Of a DNA stretch of 64,000 bases, positions 40,338-50,522 are shown in pieces (within the stretch, counting starts at the first letter, position 1; every line of letters begins with the position of its first letter). The notes below the pieces were generated by a model. The model made no database searches, had not been told where the DNA came from, and saw only the letters and a list, made by a program, of their open reading frames with translations. The position numbers were made by a program, and so were the translations under genes. The DNA is from Planctomycetales bacterium (GTDB taxonomy: Bacteria; 4484-113), in NCBI GenBank assembly GCA_037441675.1, contig JBBIRS010000005.1, positions 11,648 through 75,647 of the forward strand, in the 5' to 3' direction.

Positions 40338-41945
40338 ATGGCTAAATACATTTTTGTAACAGGCGGAAATGTGAGTTCAATTGGTAAGGGCATTCTCTGC
40401 GCCTCCACTGGCCTTTTGCTGAAATCCTTAGGCTATAAGGTGACTATTCTTAAGTGCGATCCATATGTAAACGTGGATGCTGGAACTATGAATCCCATTC
40501 AACATGGCGAGGTCTTTGTTACTGATGATGGCGCAGAAACTGATCTTGACCTTGGCCATTATGAACGATTTATTGATGAAGATCTCACACGCTTTAACAA
40601 CGTTACTACCGGTCAAATCTATAAGGCTGTTATCGAAAAGGAACGAGCGGGGGATTATTTGGGCAAATGTGTTCAAGTTATTCCACATATAACTGATGAA
40701 ATTAAAAGGCGCATTCAGCTTGTTGCTCGTCACACTCGAGCTGAGATAGTCATTGTGGAAATAGGTGGAACAGTTGGCGACATTGAAGGATTGCCATTTC
40801 TTGAAGCAATCAGGCAGTTCAAAAATGAAGTGGGCAAAGATAACGCCATTAACATACATGTAACGTTAATTCCCTTTTTGCATCCAGGTGGCGAGTTGAA
40901 AACGAAACTTACTCAGCATTCCGTGAAGGAGCTTAGAAGCATTGGCATATATCCTGACTTACTTGTGGTGCGAACACATCATCAAATTACTGATGACATG
41001 AGAAATAAGATATCTCTATTCTGTGATGTTCCGAGGGAGTGTGTTATTGAAGGGCTTGATGTCCAAAGTATATATGACGTTCCACAGATGCTTAACGAGC
41101 AGGGCTATGCAGAAATAGTCACTGAGCGCTTGGGGCTAGCTAAGAAGAAACCTGTAATTGAGGAATGGCAGGAGTTTCTCCGTAAGAAGGCGTCTCCAAC
41201 CGTTTCGGTGAAGGTTGTGGTTGTCGGTAAGTACAATCGCCTTAAGGATGCTTATCTATCAATCCTGGAAAGCCTTAATCACGCCTGTGTCCACGAGGGA
41301 GTTCAGCCAAAGCTAAAATGGGTGGACGCAGAAAGGGTGACGGAGGATAACGTTGCACGCATTTTGTCGCAGGGCGATGGGGTGCTTGTTCCATACGGGT
41401 TTGGGGAGCGTGGAGTTGAGGGCAAAATTCTCTCAGCTAAATTTGCAAGGGAAAATCAAAAACCTTACCTAGGCTTATGCCTTGGGCTTCAAATTGCGGT
41501 TATTGAATTTGCCCGAAATGTCTGCGGTCTTAAGGGAGCTCACTCAACGGAGTTTGTTCCTGACGCGGAACACCCAGTAATTGATTTCCTCCCCAGCCAA
41601 AGGGGTATACGTGAAAAGGGAGGCACAATGCGCCTTGGCGCTTATCCCTGCGAACTTGCGCCAAGAACGCTGTCAAGAAAGTACTACGGAAAACCGCGTA
41701 TAAGCGAACGACATCGGCATCGTTACGAGGTGAATCCTGCTTACCACGATAAATTAACAAAGGCGGGTCTAATTTTTTCAGGCCTTAGCCCTGATGGCAC
41801 TCTTGTGGAAATGATTGAGCTTCCGGATCATCCCTTCTTTTTGGCAAGTCAATTTCATCCAGAATTTAAGGGTCGTCCAACGAGACCTCACCCAATGTTC
41901 GTCGGTTTCGTTCAAGCAATGCTTGGCAAAACCCCTGACACTTAA
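40338..41945 (+). CDS. pyrG: CTP synthase
   Basis: KYIFVTGG..SSIGKG, DPYVNVDAGTMNP.QHGEVFV, GLCLGLQ, ERHRHRYEVN, QFHPEF. Confidence 0.99.
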   Translation: MAKYIFVTGGNVSSIGKGILCASTGLLLKSLGYKVTILKCDPYVNVDAGTMNPIQHGEVFVTDDGAETDLDLGHYERFIDEDLTRFNNVTTGQIYKAVIEKERAGDYLGKCVQVIPHITDEIKRRIQLVARHTRAEIVIVEIGGTVGDIEGLPFLEAIRQFKNEVGKDNAINIHVTLIPFLHPGGELKTKLTQHSVKELRSIGIYPDLLVVRTHHQITDDMRNKISLFCDVPRECVIEGLDVQSIYDVPQMLNEQGYAEIVTERLGLAKKKPVIEEWQEFLRKKASPTVSVKVVVVGKYNRLKDAYLSILESLNHACVHEGVQPKLKWVDAERVTEDNVARILSQGDGVLVPYGFGERGVEGKILSAKFARENQKPYLGLCLGLQIAVIEFARNVCGLKGAHSTEFVPDAEHPVIDFLPSQRGIREKGGTMRLGAYPCELAPRTLSRKYYGKPRISERHRHRYEVNPAYHDKLTKAGLIFSGLSPDGTLVEMIELPDHPFFLASQFHPEFKGRPTRPHPMFVGFVQAMLGKTPDT

Positions 41946-42052
41946 AATCCTAGGCGGATACCCTAGCGCTCGTAATCGGAGATGTTACGGCTTATCGCAA
42001 TGTTTAACTCATTGGAAGGAAAGTGGATAATGTATAATAAGGCCAAAGTAGA

Positions 42053-42070
42053 ATGAGAAATTTTTCACTA
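42053..42070. promoter_or_regulatory. Rex-like operator upstream of pckA
   Basis: ATGAGAA-ATTT-TTCACTA (11/14 match to TTGTGAA-N4-TTCACAA). Confidence 0.45.
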
Positions 42071-42169
42071 ATATAGTATCATATAATCGCAAAATCGCGA
42101 TTGATTTGGGTCATCAGTTTGAAAAAAGGTATAAAGTGAAATGGTTTTTAACTTATCGGAGGGCATAAA

Positions 42170-43753
42170 ATGGTGGTTATGGCTAAAAGCTTTTTGAGCG
42201 ACATTGGGATAGAAACGAGGGGTGAAATTTTCCGAAATCTACCAATGGCGGAGCTAGTGGAGCGAGCGGTTAAATTGGGTGAAGGGATTCTCGCGAGTAA
42301 TGGGGGGTTGGTGGTCAGGACGGGAAAGTGCAGTGGTCGTTCTCCCAAGGCAAAGTTTACGGTGCGTGAACCACTCACGGAGGAAAGCGTGTGGTGGGCT
42401 GGTCCTAATCAAGCTTTTTCGCCAGAAGCATTTGACCGAGTTCATGAAAAGGTTCTCGCGCACTTCAGGGAAAGGGACATATACGTCTTTGACGGATTTG
42501 TAATTGCTGACCCAAAATTAAGGATGCCAGTCCGCATTGTTTGTGAGAAGGCTTGGCACGCACTTTTTTCCCATACGCAGTTCAGGCGCCCACTACCTTA
42601 CGAGCTTGAAGACTTTCATCCTGAGTTCACCGTGCTTAATGCATGCGACCTACTTCTTGACCCCAAAGAGGATGGAACGGATAGCGATGTTGGCGTCCTT
42701 ATCAGCTTCTCTAAAAAGCTTGTGCTTATTGCTGGTTCTCAGTACGCGGGTGAAACAAAGAAGAGCGTCTTTACTTACCTTAACTATATCCTGCCGGAGA
42801 AGGGTGTTCTTCCTATGCATTGTTCTGCAAACATTGGAGAAAGTGGAGATACCGCGCTTTTCTTTGGGCTATCGGGAACTGGTAAGACTAGCCTATCCGC
42901 AGATCCAGAAAGAAGGTTGATTGGAGATGACGAGCATGGGTGGGGAGATGATGGAGTTTTTAACTTTGAGGGCGGTTGTTACGCGAAACTCATTCGCATT
43001 ACCCCAGAAACAGAGCCTCAGATTTACTTCGCCTTGCGTTTTGGTAGTGTTCTGGAAAATTTAGTTGTTGACGAGGAGCGCAATCCTCTTTACTTTGACG
43101 CCAGCATTACCGAAAACACCCGAGGCACATACCCCCTTGAACACATCCCAAACGTTGAGCTATCGGGTATTGGTGGTCATCCTAAGAACATATTTTTCCT
43201 TGCTGCTGACGCTTTTGCCATTCTACCCCCCATTGCTAAACTCACACCTGCGCAGGCTAGCTACCAGTTTATCAGCGGATACACCGCAAAAGTCGCGGGA
43301 ACGGAACGCGGGGTAACCGAGCCTCAGGTGACTTTCAGCGCATGTTTTGGTCTTCCATTTCTGCCTAGACACCCTGGGGTATATGCTTCAATGCTCGCAG
43401 AAAGGGTAAGTAAACATAACTGTTCCGTTTGGCTTGTAAACACCGGATGGAGCGGTGGACCTTACCGCGTAGGTGAAAGGATGCCCATTCATTTGACCCG
43501 CTCACTTCTAAAAGCAGCGCTATTTGGTGTGCTTGAGCGGGCAGGATTTGAACCTGAACCAGTCTTTGGGCTTATGGTTCCGAAAGAGTGCCCCGGCGTC
43601 CCTACGGAAATTCTTATGCCCAGAAACACCTGGAAAGATAAAGACGCATACGACTCAAAGGCTAGGGAGCTGGTAGGGCTATTCCATAAAAACTTTGAGC
43701 AGTATAAAGATTCTGTTTCAAAGGAAGTGCTCTCGGCGGGACCAATTTTATAA
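42170..43753 (+). CDS. pckA: Phosphoenolpyruvate carboxykinase (ATP)
   Basis: YAGETKKSVF, MHCSAN, FFGLSGTGKTSLS, LIGDDEHGW, NFEGGCYAK. Confidence 0.98.
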   Translation: MVVMAKSFLSDIGIETRGEIFRNLPMAELVERAVKLGEGILASNGGLVVRTGKCSGRSPKAKFTVREPLTEESVWWAGPNQAFSPEAFDRVHEKVLAHFRERDIYVFDGFVIADPKLRMPVRIVCEKAWHALFSHTQFRRPLPYELEDFHPEFTVLNACDLLLDPKEDGTDSDVGVLISFSKKLVLIAGSQYAGETKKSVFTYLNYILPEKGVLPMHCSANIGESGDTALFFGLSGTGKTSLSADPERRLIGDDEHGWGDDGVFNFEGGCYAKLIRITPETEPQIYFALRFGSVLENLVVDEERNPLYFDASITENTRGTYPLEHIPNVELSGIGGHPKNIFFLAADAFAILPPIAKLTPAQASYQFISGYTAKVAGTERGVTEPQVTFSACFGLPFLPRHPGVYASMLAERVSKHNCSVWLVNTGWSGGPYRVGERMPIHLTRSLLKAALFGVLERAGFEPEPVFGLMVPKECPGVPTEILMPRNTWKDKDAYDSKARELVGLFHKNFEQYKDSVSKEVLSAGPIL

Positions 43754-43831
43754 AGCACGGAGAACTGGGTTCTTAGGAAAATAGTGAACTTCTTCTAGCT
43801 TTCAGAGGATTGAGAAGAATAAAGTAGAAGG

Positions 43832-44011
43832 CTAGGGTTGTTCTCGAGTAAAGGTCAAAATTAAAGCTCCTAAGAAGAGAAAAGGCACTCCGAATAAGAA
43901 AACCGCAGTTGCGTTGTCTATGTAGGAAATTTTAACGCCTGGGATGAGCAAATAAACTATTGTTCCAAGCCCGGTTAGAAAGAAAACCCATCCGAGACTC
44001 CTTGCAATCAT
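43832..44011 (-). CDS. Small two-TM membrane protein (59 aa, absent from ORF track)
   Basis: MIARSLGWVFFLTGLGTIVYLLIPGVKISYIDNATAVFLFGVPFLFLGALILTFTREQP*; weak RBS. Confidence 0.55.
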   Translation of the reverse strand: MIARSLGWVFFLTGLGTIVYLLIPGVKISYIDNATAVFLFGVPFLFLGALILTFTREQP

Positions 44012-44170
44012 AGGCGAGAATAGAGAATATCACTTTTTCTCCCAAACGTATAGAGCGTTTATTCTTTAATCTCCTACTTTCGTTATTTTGCAAGATTAAG
44101 TTTACAGATTCGCAAATATCAGTTCCGCTTGAATAGAAGCAGTAATGTCATTCTGGTATTATGGATTTGT

Positions 44171-44836
44171 ATGGTTAAAGATACCATTCTCATTAAGAGA
44201 GTAACAGAGTATGCCCCAATTCCGCTTAATGAGAATGCCTGTGCACTTCTGCTTCAATATGTCAAGCTGATTGAAAATTATAGAGATGTTGGAAGGCTTA
44301 CTTCTATTAGGAGAACAACGGACTTGATAGACTTTCTCATCACCGAATCGCTTCAACTCGCCAAATTTCTGCCATCAGCGGGAAATTTTACTTTGGCGGA
44401 TCTTGGCGCGGGTTCAGGCGCGGTAGGAATATCTCTTGGCATTGCTATCCCTAATCTCACGGTCTCTCTCTTTGAACGCTCAGTTAGAAAGATTGGTTTC
44501 CTTCGGCTAGCGGTTACCGCTCTTACCTTGAAGAACGTTAAAATAGAGGAAAGGGATGTAAGAAGCATCAAAAAGGGAGAGTATTCTTTTGACTTCATAG
44601 CCTCTAGGGCGTTCGCTCCGTTTACCGAATACCTAGAAGTTGCTCTTAAACTTGTAAAGCCTTCAGGTTGCATTCTAGGGTTTACCCCAAGAGGCGGACT
44701 TGATGATGCAAGTATTGAAAAATTTAGTGAAAATAAGATGGAGGTAGATCTCTTAAAGTATCATCTTCCTAACGATAAAAGAGGCGGTGTTTACTCAATA
44801 CGCTTCAAAGGAGCGGTGGATATATGCAGGCAATAG
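44171..44836 (+). CDS. rsmG: 16S rRNA m7G527 methyltransferase
   Basis: LTSIR, ADLGAGSG, E.S.RKIGFL, FDFIASRAF; upstream of parA. Start uncertain. Confidence 0.82.
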   Translation: MVKDTILIKRVTEYAPIPLNENACALLLQYVKLIENYRDVGRLTSIRRTTDLIDFLITESLQLAKFLPSAGNFTLADLGAGSGAVGISLGIAIPNLTVSLFERSVRKIGFLRLAVTALTLKNVKIEERDVRSIKKGEYSFDFIASRAFAPFTEYLEVALKLVKPSGCILGFTPRGGLDDASIEKFSENKMEVDLLKYHLPNDKRGGVYSIRFKGAVDICRQ

Positions 44837-45645
44837 CCATAGCCAATCAAAAGGGTGGAGTTGGAAAGACAACGACAGCCATAAATTTATCCTCGGCGCT
44901 AGCGGAACGCGCAAGACGTGTCCTGCTTGTGGATGCGGACCCGCAAGCTCACGCCACTCAAGGTTTAGGAATAACCGTAGTTAAACTAAGTCTTGCAGAC
45001 GCCATTTTGTATCCTGAAAGAACTAATGAAGCGATTCTTCCGACTGTAGTTCGCAATCTATTTCTACTTCCCGGTGGGACTAGCCTTGTTGACACTGAAG
45101 TATTAGCGCAAACCCGCGCGGGCAAGGAGCAGTCGTTTCTGAATGTTCTCTCAAGGTTGGGAAGTGAATTTGACTATGTCCTTGTTGACACCGCCCCATC
45201 GCTTTCGTTCGTGAACATTTCCGTTCTAAATGGCGTAAATTACGTGATTATTCCACTGCTGGCTGAATTTCTTTCTCTGCCTGGGCTAGTGTCTATGATT
45301 TCCCTGATTAGGAGCATTAAGAATGGGTTTAACAAGAATCTGGAAGTTATGGGCGTTCTAATATGTATGTACGACGGAAGAACCAATCTCGCTAAAGACG
45401 TGCTTTTGGAGCTAAAGGCTAACTTTGAAGGAAGCGTATTTGAGACAAAGATACCTAGAAGCGTTCGCGCAGCGGAAGCACCTTCTTTTGGTTTACCAGT
45501 AACGGAGTATGCACGGTCAAATCCCGTCGCAATTGCATACCGAGAGCTTGCTGCGGAGGTTGAAAGATATATATCACAATTTATGGATAGCAAAAGGGTG
45601 ACGGGAGAGGAAGTAATTTCGTTTCATCAGGCAAAAACGAGTTAA
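44824..45645 (+). CDS. parA: ParA/Soj family ATPase
   Basis: ANQKGGVGKTTTAINL, VDADPQ, DTAPSL, IPRSVRAAEAPSFG. Confidence 0.93.
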   Translation: MQAIAIANQKGGVGKTTTAINLSSALAERARRVLLVDADPQAHATQGLGITVVKLSLADAILYPERTNEAILPTVVRNLFLLPGGTSLVDTEVLAQTRAGKEQSFLNVLSRLGSEFDYVLVDTAPSLSFVNISVLNGVNYVIIPLLAEFLSLPGLVSMISLIRSIKNGFNKNLEVMGVLICMYDGRTNLAKDVLLELKANFEGSVFETKIPRSVRAAEAPSFGLPVTEYARSNPVAIAYRELAAEVERYISQFMDSKRVTGEEVISFHQAKTS

Positions 45646-45668
45646 TTGGGGGTAAAGATAGGGTTCAT

Positions 45669-46448
45669 TTACTCGCTGAACATTCCACCCGTAATGCTTC
45701 CAAAGAGTTCGGTCATAACCTTAATTTCTTTGTAGGGCGGAGGAGGGGAGAACAGGCTGCGAGCTGGCTTGCCAATTTTGAGGTTGTAAAGTTCAATTGT
45801 CTCTGTTCTATCGGGATTTTCCTCTGGGTAATAAACCTCAAGCCTAACCCAAGGCTTTGATTCAAAATCCTGAGCCTGCCAGCCTTTTCCCTCGCGCTTC
45901 TTGCCATCTTGCCATGTCACGATAATTTTGTAAACGTCGCATGGATGATTATCGTGTTTATCCTCGCCGATTTTTATCTTCTCTACCTTTGGAGGAACGT
46001 GCTTTTTCGCAGTGCCTTCATGGTGAAATATATCACCTCCGGGCGTTGCACCTTTCTCCGGCTTCATCACCATAAACTTCTCGGGCACGTGATAAAGTAT
46101 AATGCTCTTTTCCTGTGCCGGTAGGTAAATCATTCCAGTCCATAGCATTATTTCGCTTATGGGATCACCTTCATCTTCGGATTCGCTTTCTCTCATATCG
46201 GTGTCGAATCTGATATCCTCGCCATCCTTGGCTACTAAGCCCTTTATTATCTTCTTGCTGTCACCCTCAAGTGTTGTTCTGACATAGTCTGTGTAAAAGT
46301 TATAAGTCCATAGCTTCATTATAAGCTCATCAAATCCTTCTTCACCTATGCCAAAGAACGCCTTTGATGCTTGATATGGAAAGATTGCGAGAACAAATAC
46401 GGTCATCGAAAAGAGAACTAACTTTAGGAATTTTTTTGCTAATTCCAT
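45669..46448 (-). CDS. Exported protein, DUF4412/LolA-like
   Basis: Signal peptide, K.GED..D.HPCDVYKI, LFSPPPPYKE; AAGGAG RBS. Confidence 0.55.
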   Translation of the reverse strand: MELAKKFLKLVLFSMTVFVLAIFPYQASKAFFGIGEEGFDELIMKLWTYNFYTDYVRTTLEGDSKKIIKGLVAKDGEDIRFDTDMRESESEDEGDPISEIMLWTGMIYLPAQEKSIILYHVPEKFMVMKPEKGATPGGDIFHHEGTAKKHVPPKVEKIKIGEDKHDNHPCDVYKIIVTWQDGKKREGKGWQAQDFESKPWVRLEVYYPEENPDRTETIELYNLKIGKPARSLFSPPPPYKEIKVMTELFGSITGGMFSE

Positions 46449-46561
46449 TTCATACTCCTTGATAATGATGGCTTTGAATTATATCATAGTGAAAGAAAAC
46501 AAAGCACCATCTGGGAGAATATTAAGTTATCCTTTGTTATAATCTTGCTAGGCAGTTCCTA

Positions 46562-47641
46562 ATGAAGGAATTTGTAAAGAGAAGCCTGTTCATAGTTGTT
46601 ATGCTTCTGCTAGTTGTCTTCTTATATTACATTCGCTTCTTGTTCATCTATTTTGCGTTTGCGGTACTCTTTGCGTACTTAATGAATGCTCCTGTGGATT
46701 GGCTAGTAAGGCGAGGGCTACCGAGGGTGCCTTCTATTCTTTTAGTTTTCATAGTATTTATTCTATTTCTAGGCACAATTGTGCTTTTCACTATTCCAAT
46801 CATCACTGAGGAGGGTCGTCAATTCATAAATGATATTCCAGTTTATCTTAAGACCTTTGAAGATAATGTTAATAGCTTCTTTCAGAGGTACTATCCCGAT
46901 TACCGTTTCGTGCTAGCGGACACCATTTCTGAATGGCTAACTGGTTTTCAGAGCGATGTGCCTAGGCTCGTAAAGACCACCTTCCAGACCTTGCGCGGAT
47001 TCTCCACACTTCTTCTCGGTATCGTTCTTGTGCCACTGATGGTTTACTACTTTCTCAAGGATGCAGAAAAGATGAAGAACACCTTCAAAATGCTATTCCC
47101 GCAGGCTTACGACGAGAGGATTGATAAAGGGCTCTCAAGAGTAAACCTTATGCTTGGGAATTATGTGCGAGGCAGGCTCTTTCTTGGCATTTTCGTAGGC
47201 ACCCTCATCACAATAGGCCTCACCCTTATCGGGATTAAGTATCCCCTGCTACTTGGAATACTGGCGGGCGTGGCTGAATTCATCCCAGTTTTAGGACCTA
47301 TTCTCGCATACATCCCAGCAGGACTTCTTGCACTTGGAGGGAGCCCAGTTCTTTTAGTCGCGGTAACAATTCTTTACCTTGCGGTAAATGCGGTTGAAAC
47401 CTACCTTTTAGTTCCTTATGTGATGGGCGAGACGATGGACCTTCATCCACTTACCGTTATAATTGCGATGATGATTGGCGCTTATATTGCTGGCATATTT
47501 GGCCTTTTGATTGCGCTTCCCTGTGTCGCCGCTATTAAGATTATTCTTGAGATATTTGTATTGAAGCGTGAGGAGCTTGGTATCGCTTCAAAAGTTCCTC
47601 TTACCACCTCCGCTAATCCTAGTGAAACTTATGATGAATGA
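46562..47641 (+). CDS. AI-2E family transporter
   Basis: P.VDWL.RRGLPR, YYFLKD, YVRGRL, EFIPVLGP, LHPLTVI, GLLIALP. Confidence 0.92.
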   Translation: MKEFVKRSLFIVVMLLLVVFLYYIRFLFIYFAFAVLFAYLMNAPVDWLVRRGLPRVPSILLVFIVFILFLGTIVLFTIPIITEEGRQFINDIPVYLKTFEDNVNSFFQRYYPDYRFVLADTISEWLTGFQSDVPRLVKTTFQTLRGFSTLLLGIVLVPLMVYYFLKDAEKMKNTFKMLFPQAYDERIDKGLSRVNLMLGNYVRGRLFLGIFVGTLITIGLTLIGIKYPLLLGILAGVAEFIPVLGPILAYIPAGLLALGGSPVLLVAVTILYLAVNAVETYLLVPYVMGETMDLHPLTVIIAMMIGAYIAGIFGLLIALPCVAAIKIILEIFVLKREELGIASKVPLTTSANPSETYDE

Positions 47642-47679
47642 CTAGAATAGCCACAACACATCCCAAGAGGATTATCTAG

Positions 47680-48387
47680 ATGATAGATAACGTACTAGTA
47701 TCTCTACCTGAAAACTTTTCGTTTATCTTGGGTTTGGTTCACATAGAGAAGGTGGAGGTTCGGGAAAGCGAGTTTGCCTTTAGAGAGATAGTTGAGAGAT
47801 TTTGCGCTGATTTATTGAACGAGCTAGCAAGCCAGGGCAAAAAGAGAGATGGTTATAAGCCTGAATTGAGGGATGCGGTTAGGGCGCTTCTTAGGCAGGG
47901 AGGATTTAAGCCTTCTGGGAGAAACCGACCGGCAAATGAGTTCCTCCTGCGCCAATTGATAGATAGCGGTGGTTTAAACTTTATTCTAAATTTAGTTGAT
48001 ATTAACAATTTCCTCTCTCTTAAACATTTTCTGCCAATGAGCGTGTTGGATGCGAATAAGTTTAAGGGATGCCTTACGGTTAGGCTTGGGATTAAGGGCG
48101 AACGATATATCTTTAATCAATCTCAGCAGGAGATTGATCTGGAAGGATTGATAGTTCTTGCGAACAAAGAGGGCGATTCTTCCATAGCGCTTGGAAGCCC
48201 GGTTAAGGATTCAATGGAGGGAAAGGTTAATCTTAATACTAGTTCCATTTTGACTGTGGTTTACGCCCCAACAAGACTGATCGAGAAGGATAAAATGCAG
48301 GAGATTCTCTGTGAATGGAGTTCTCTTTCTGAAGCATATTCAAAGGCGAAAGGAATAACTTCTAGGATTTTATCCAATAAAGCTTGA
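47680..48387 (+). CDS. Stand-alone B3/4 (PheRS beta editing-like) domain protein
   Basis: GFKPSGRNRPANEFL, LVDINNFLSL...PMSVLD, R.G..GERY. Confidence 0.75.
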   Translation: MIDNVLVSLPENFSFILGLVHIEKVEVRESEFAFREIVERFCADLLNELASQGKKRDGYKPELRDAVRALLRQGGFKPSGRNRPANEFLLRQLIDSGGLNFILNLVDINNFLSLKHFLPMSVLDANKFKGCLTVRLGIKGERYIFNQSQQEIDLEGLIVLANKEGDSSIALGSPVKDSMEGKVNLNTSSILTVVYAPTRLIEKDKMQEILCEWSSLSEAYSKAKGITSRILSNKA

Positions 48388-48403
48388 CGCGCGAAATTTC
48401 TGA

Positions 48404-49216
48404 ATGATTACGATTGAAAACTACGATGGAAGCAAGCTTACGCTGGAAAAACCTTGCAAGCGGATAGTATCGCTAGTTCCATCTATAACTGAGACCATTT
48501 ATGAACTAGGGGCAGGAGAGAGAGTCGTAGGGATTACAGAGTTTTGCGTTAAACCATGGAAGTTTTACAAGTCAAAGCAAAAGGTTGGAGGTACTAAAAA
48601 TCCTAACATTGAAAAGATAAGACTTTTGCGTCCAGACATAATCCTTTGCAACAAAGAGGAAAATACAAGGGTCGCAGTAGAGAAACTGAGGGAGATATGC
48701 CCTGTTCACGTTTCTTATCCAACTACTATTGAGATGGCTAAGGAGCTTGTTATGACACTTGGTAAAATTACTGGGTGTAAAGAGAGAGCGGAAGAAATCA
48801 ACAATCGGATAGATGAATCGCTTAAAAATGCTAAAGAGAATCCTCCACTTTTAGGTGGGAAGAGGGCGCTTTACCTTGTATGGAAGAATCCTTTTATGAC
48901 TATATCAGCGGAAACTTACATATACGACGTAATTATTCATGCGCATCTAAAACCCATTCTCTTTGCAAAATCTGAGCGATATCCTAGAATATTGGAGGAG
49001 GAGATTGCAAACTCTCAGGCTGAAGTGGTAATTTTCCCGGATGAACCTTGGCGATTCACCTACTCTGATATAGAGGAGTTCCGCCAGAAAATCAAACATC
49101 TGCCTGCGGTGATGGAGCACGCTTTGTTTAAGATTGAGGGGTCATACGTATCCTGGTTCGGTTATCGCACGAGCCTTGCCCTTGAGTATATGCTTCGCTG
49201 TATGAACCTTCCATAA
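48404..49216 (+). CDS. Helical-backbone metal receptor (BtuF/cobalamin-binding-like)
   Basis: RIVSLVPSITETIYELG, VGGTKNPNIEKI..LRPD, NKEEN, PDEPWRF, SWFG. Confidence 0.82.
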   Translation: MITIENYDGSKLTLEKPCKRIVSLVPSITETIYELGAGERVVGITEFCVKPWKFYKSKQKVGGTKNPNIEKIRLLRPDIILCNKEENTRVAVEKLREICPVHVSYPTTIEMAKELVMTLGKITGCKERAEEINNRIDESLKNAKENPPLLGGKRALYLVWKNPFMTISAETYIYDVIIHAHLKPILFAKSERYPRILEEEIANSQAEVVIFPDEPWRFTYSDIEEFRQKIKHLPAVMEHALFKIEGSYVSWFGYRTSLALEYMLRCMNLP

Positions 49217-49292
49217 GGGCTTTTTCTACCTAATATTTGCCACAAAACAAAAGCTATTTCCTTAAAGTATTAAAATAGTTTCCGTCAAAGTA

Positions 49293-50498
49293 ATGGTTGA
49301 GGCTTACAAAACGGGTACTATCATTCGAAATACACAGGCGTTATTGGGGTTAGAGGCGCTTTACCTTGCACCTTATGCTATGAAAAGTATTGATAGCGAG
49401 GGGAGGGAGCACGATGAGCCACCTCCCACCGCACGAACCCCCTATCAACGAGATTGGCACCGCATCACCCATTCACGCGCCTTCAGAAAGCTGGAGTTCA
49501 AGACTCAAGTTTTTGTTTACGGCCATTCCGGGGAAGGAGGAGAGGTGGTCAGAAACCGCCTTACTCACACATTGGAGGTTTCCCAGATTGCTACAAGCAT
49601 CTCTCGAACACTTGGACTTAACGAGGATTTGGCGATGGCGATTTCCCTTGCCCACGATTTGGGACATACTCCATTTGGACATGCAGGCGAGGAAGCTCTT
49701 ACTGAGTTGGTGTCAGCTTTTAACCATAACGTTCACTCCTTGAGAATTGTCAGGAAGCTGGAGAAAAGGTATCCCGAGTTTGATGGACTCAACTTAACCC
49801 TTGAGACCCTTGAAGGCATTGAAAAGCACGATACCGATTATGATAAGGTAAACCTGCACAAGTACCATCCCGGCGAGTTTCCCCCTTTAGAGGCACAAGT
49901 GGCAAGTGTTGCGGACGTTATCGCTTATCGTGCCCATGACCTTGAGGATGGATTTCTCTCAGGCATTCTAAATGCGGAGATGTTGAACGAGCTTGGAATT
50001 GACTTATGGGGGAAGATTTACGAAAGAATACTTTCCATAACATCTGAAGAGATAAAGCTTGCCCAAATATCGAGACTTTTGATCGATGAGCTTGTTTGTG
50101 ATGTGGTTGACGAGACTTCAAAGCTTCTGGCTGAAAACGCGGTTGATTCGGTGGATAAGGTTAGAAAAGGGCAAAGGAATTTAGTGCAGTTTTCTTCCCG
50201 AATTGCTGAGGAGCTGGAAAAGCTGGGTAACTTTCTCTATGAGAAGCTTTATATGAATTACAGAATCCTTAGAAATACTAACAAAGGTAAGATGATAATC
50301 CGCAAACTTTTTCAGGAGTACAAGCAGAATCCGAGACTTCTACCGCCTAAGGTCAAGCAAGAGTATGATTTGGCTTACGCTAGAGCGGGAGAGGATGAAG
50401 AACCTGAAAGGGTTATTGCTGATTATATTGCAGGTATGACTGATCGATTTGCGGAGGAGGAGTATCTTCGTTTGTTTGAGGTGGGACATTGGTTGTAA
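49293..50498 (+). CDS. dgt: dGTP triphosphohydrolase (HD family)
   Basis: RTPYQRD..RI.HSRAFRKL..KTQVF, RLTHTLEV, HDLGHTPFGHAGE, DYIAGMTDRFA. Confidence 0.95.
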   Translation: MVEAYKTGTIIRNTQALLGLEALYLAPYAMKSIDSEGREHDEPPPTARTPYQRDWHRITHSRAFRKLEFKTQVFVYGHSGEGGEVVRNRLTHTLEVSQIATSISRTLGLNEDLAMAISLAHDLGHTPFGHAGEEALTELVSAFNHNVHSLRIVRKLEKRYPEFDGLNLTLETLEGIEKHDTDYDKVNLHKYHPGEFPPLEAQVASVADVIAYRAHDLEDGFLSGILNAEMLNELGIDLWGKIYERILSITSEEIKLAQISRLLIDELVCDVVDETSKLLAENAVDSVDKVRKGQRNLVQFSSRIAEELEKLGNFLYEKLYMNYRILRNTNKGKMIIRKLFQEYKQNPRLLPPKVKQEYDLAYARAGEDEEPERVIADYIAGMTDRFAEEEYLRLFEVGHWL

Positions 50499-50522
50499 TA
50501 AATCTTAGGAGGGCTTAGTGAA

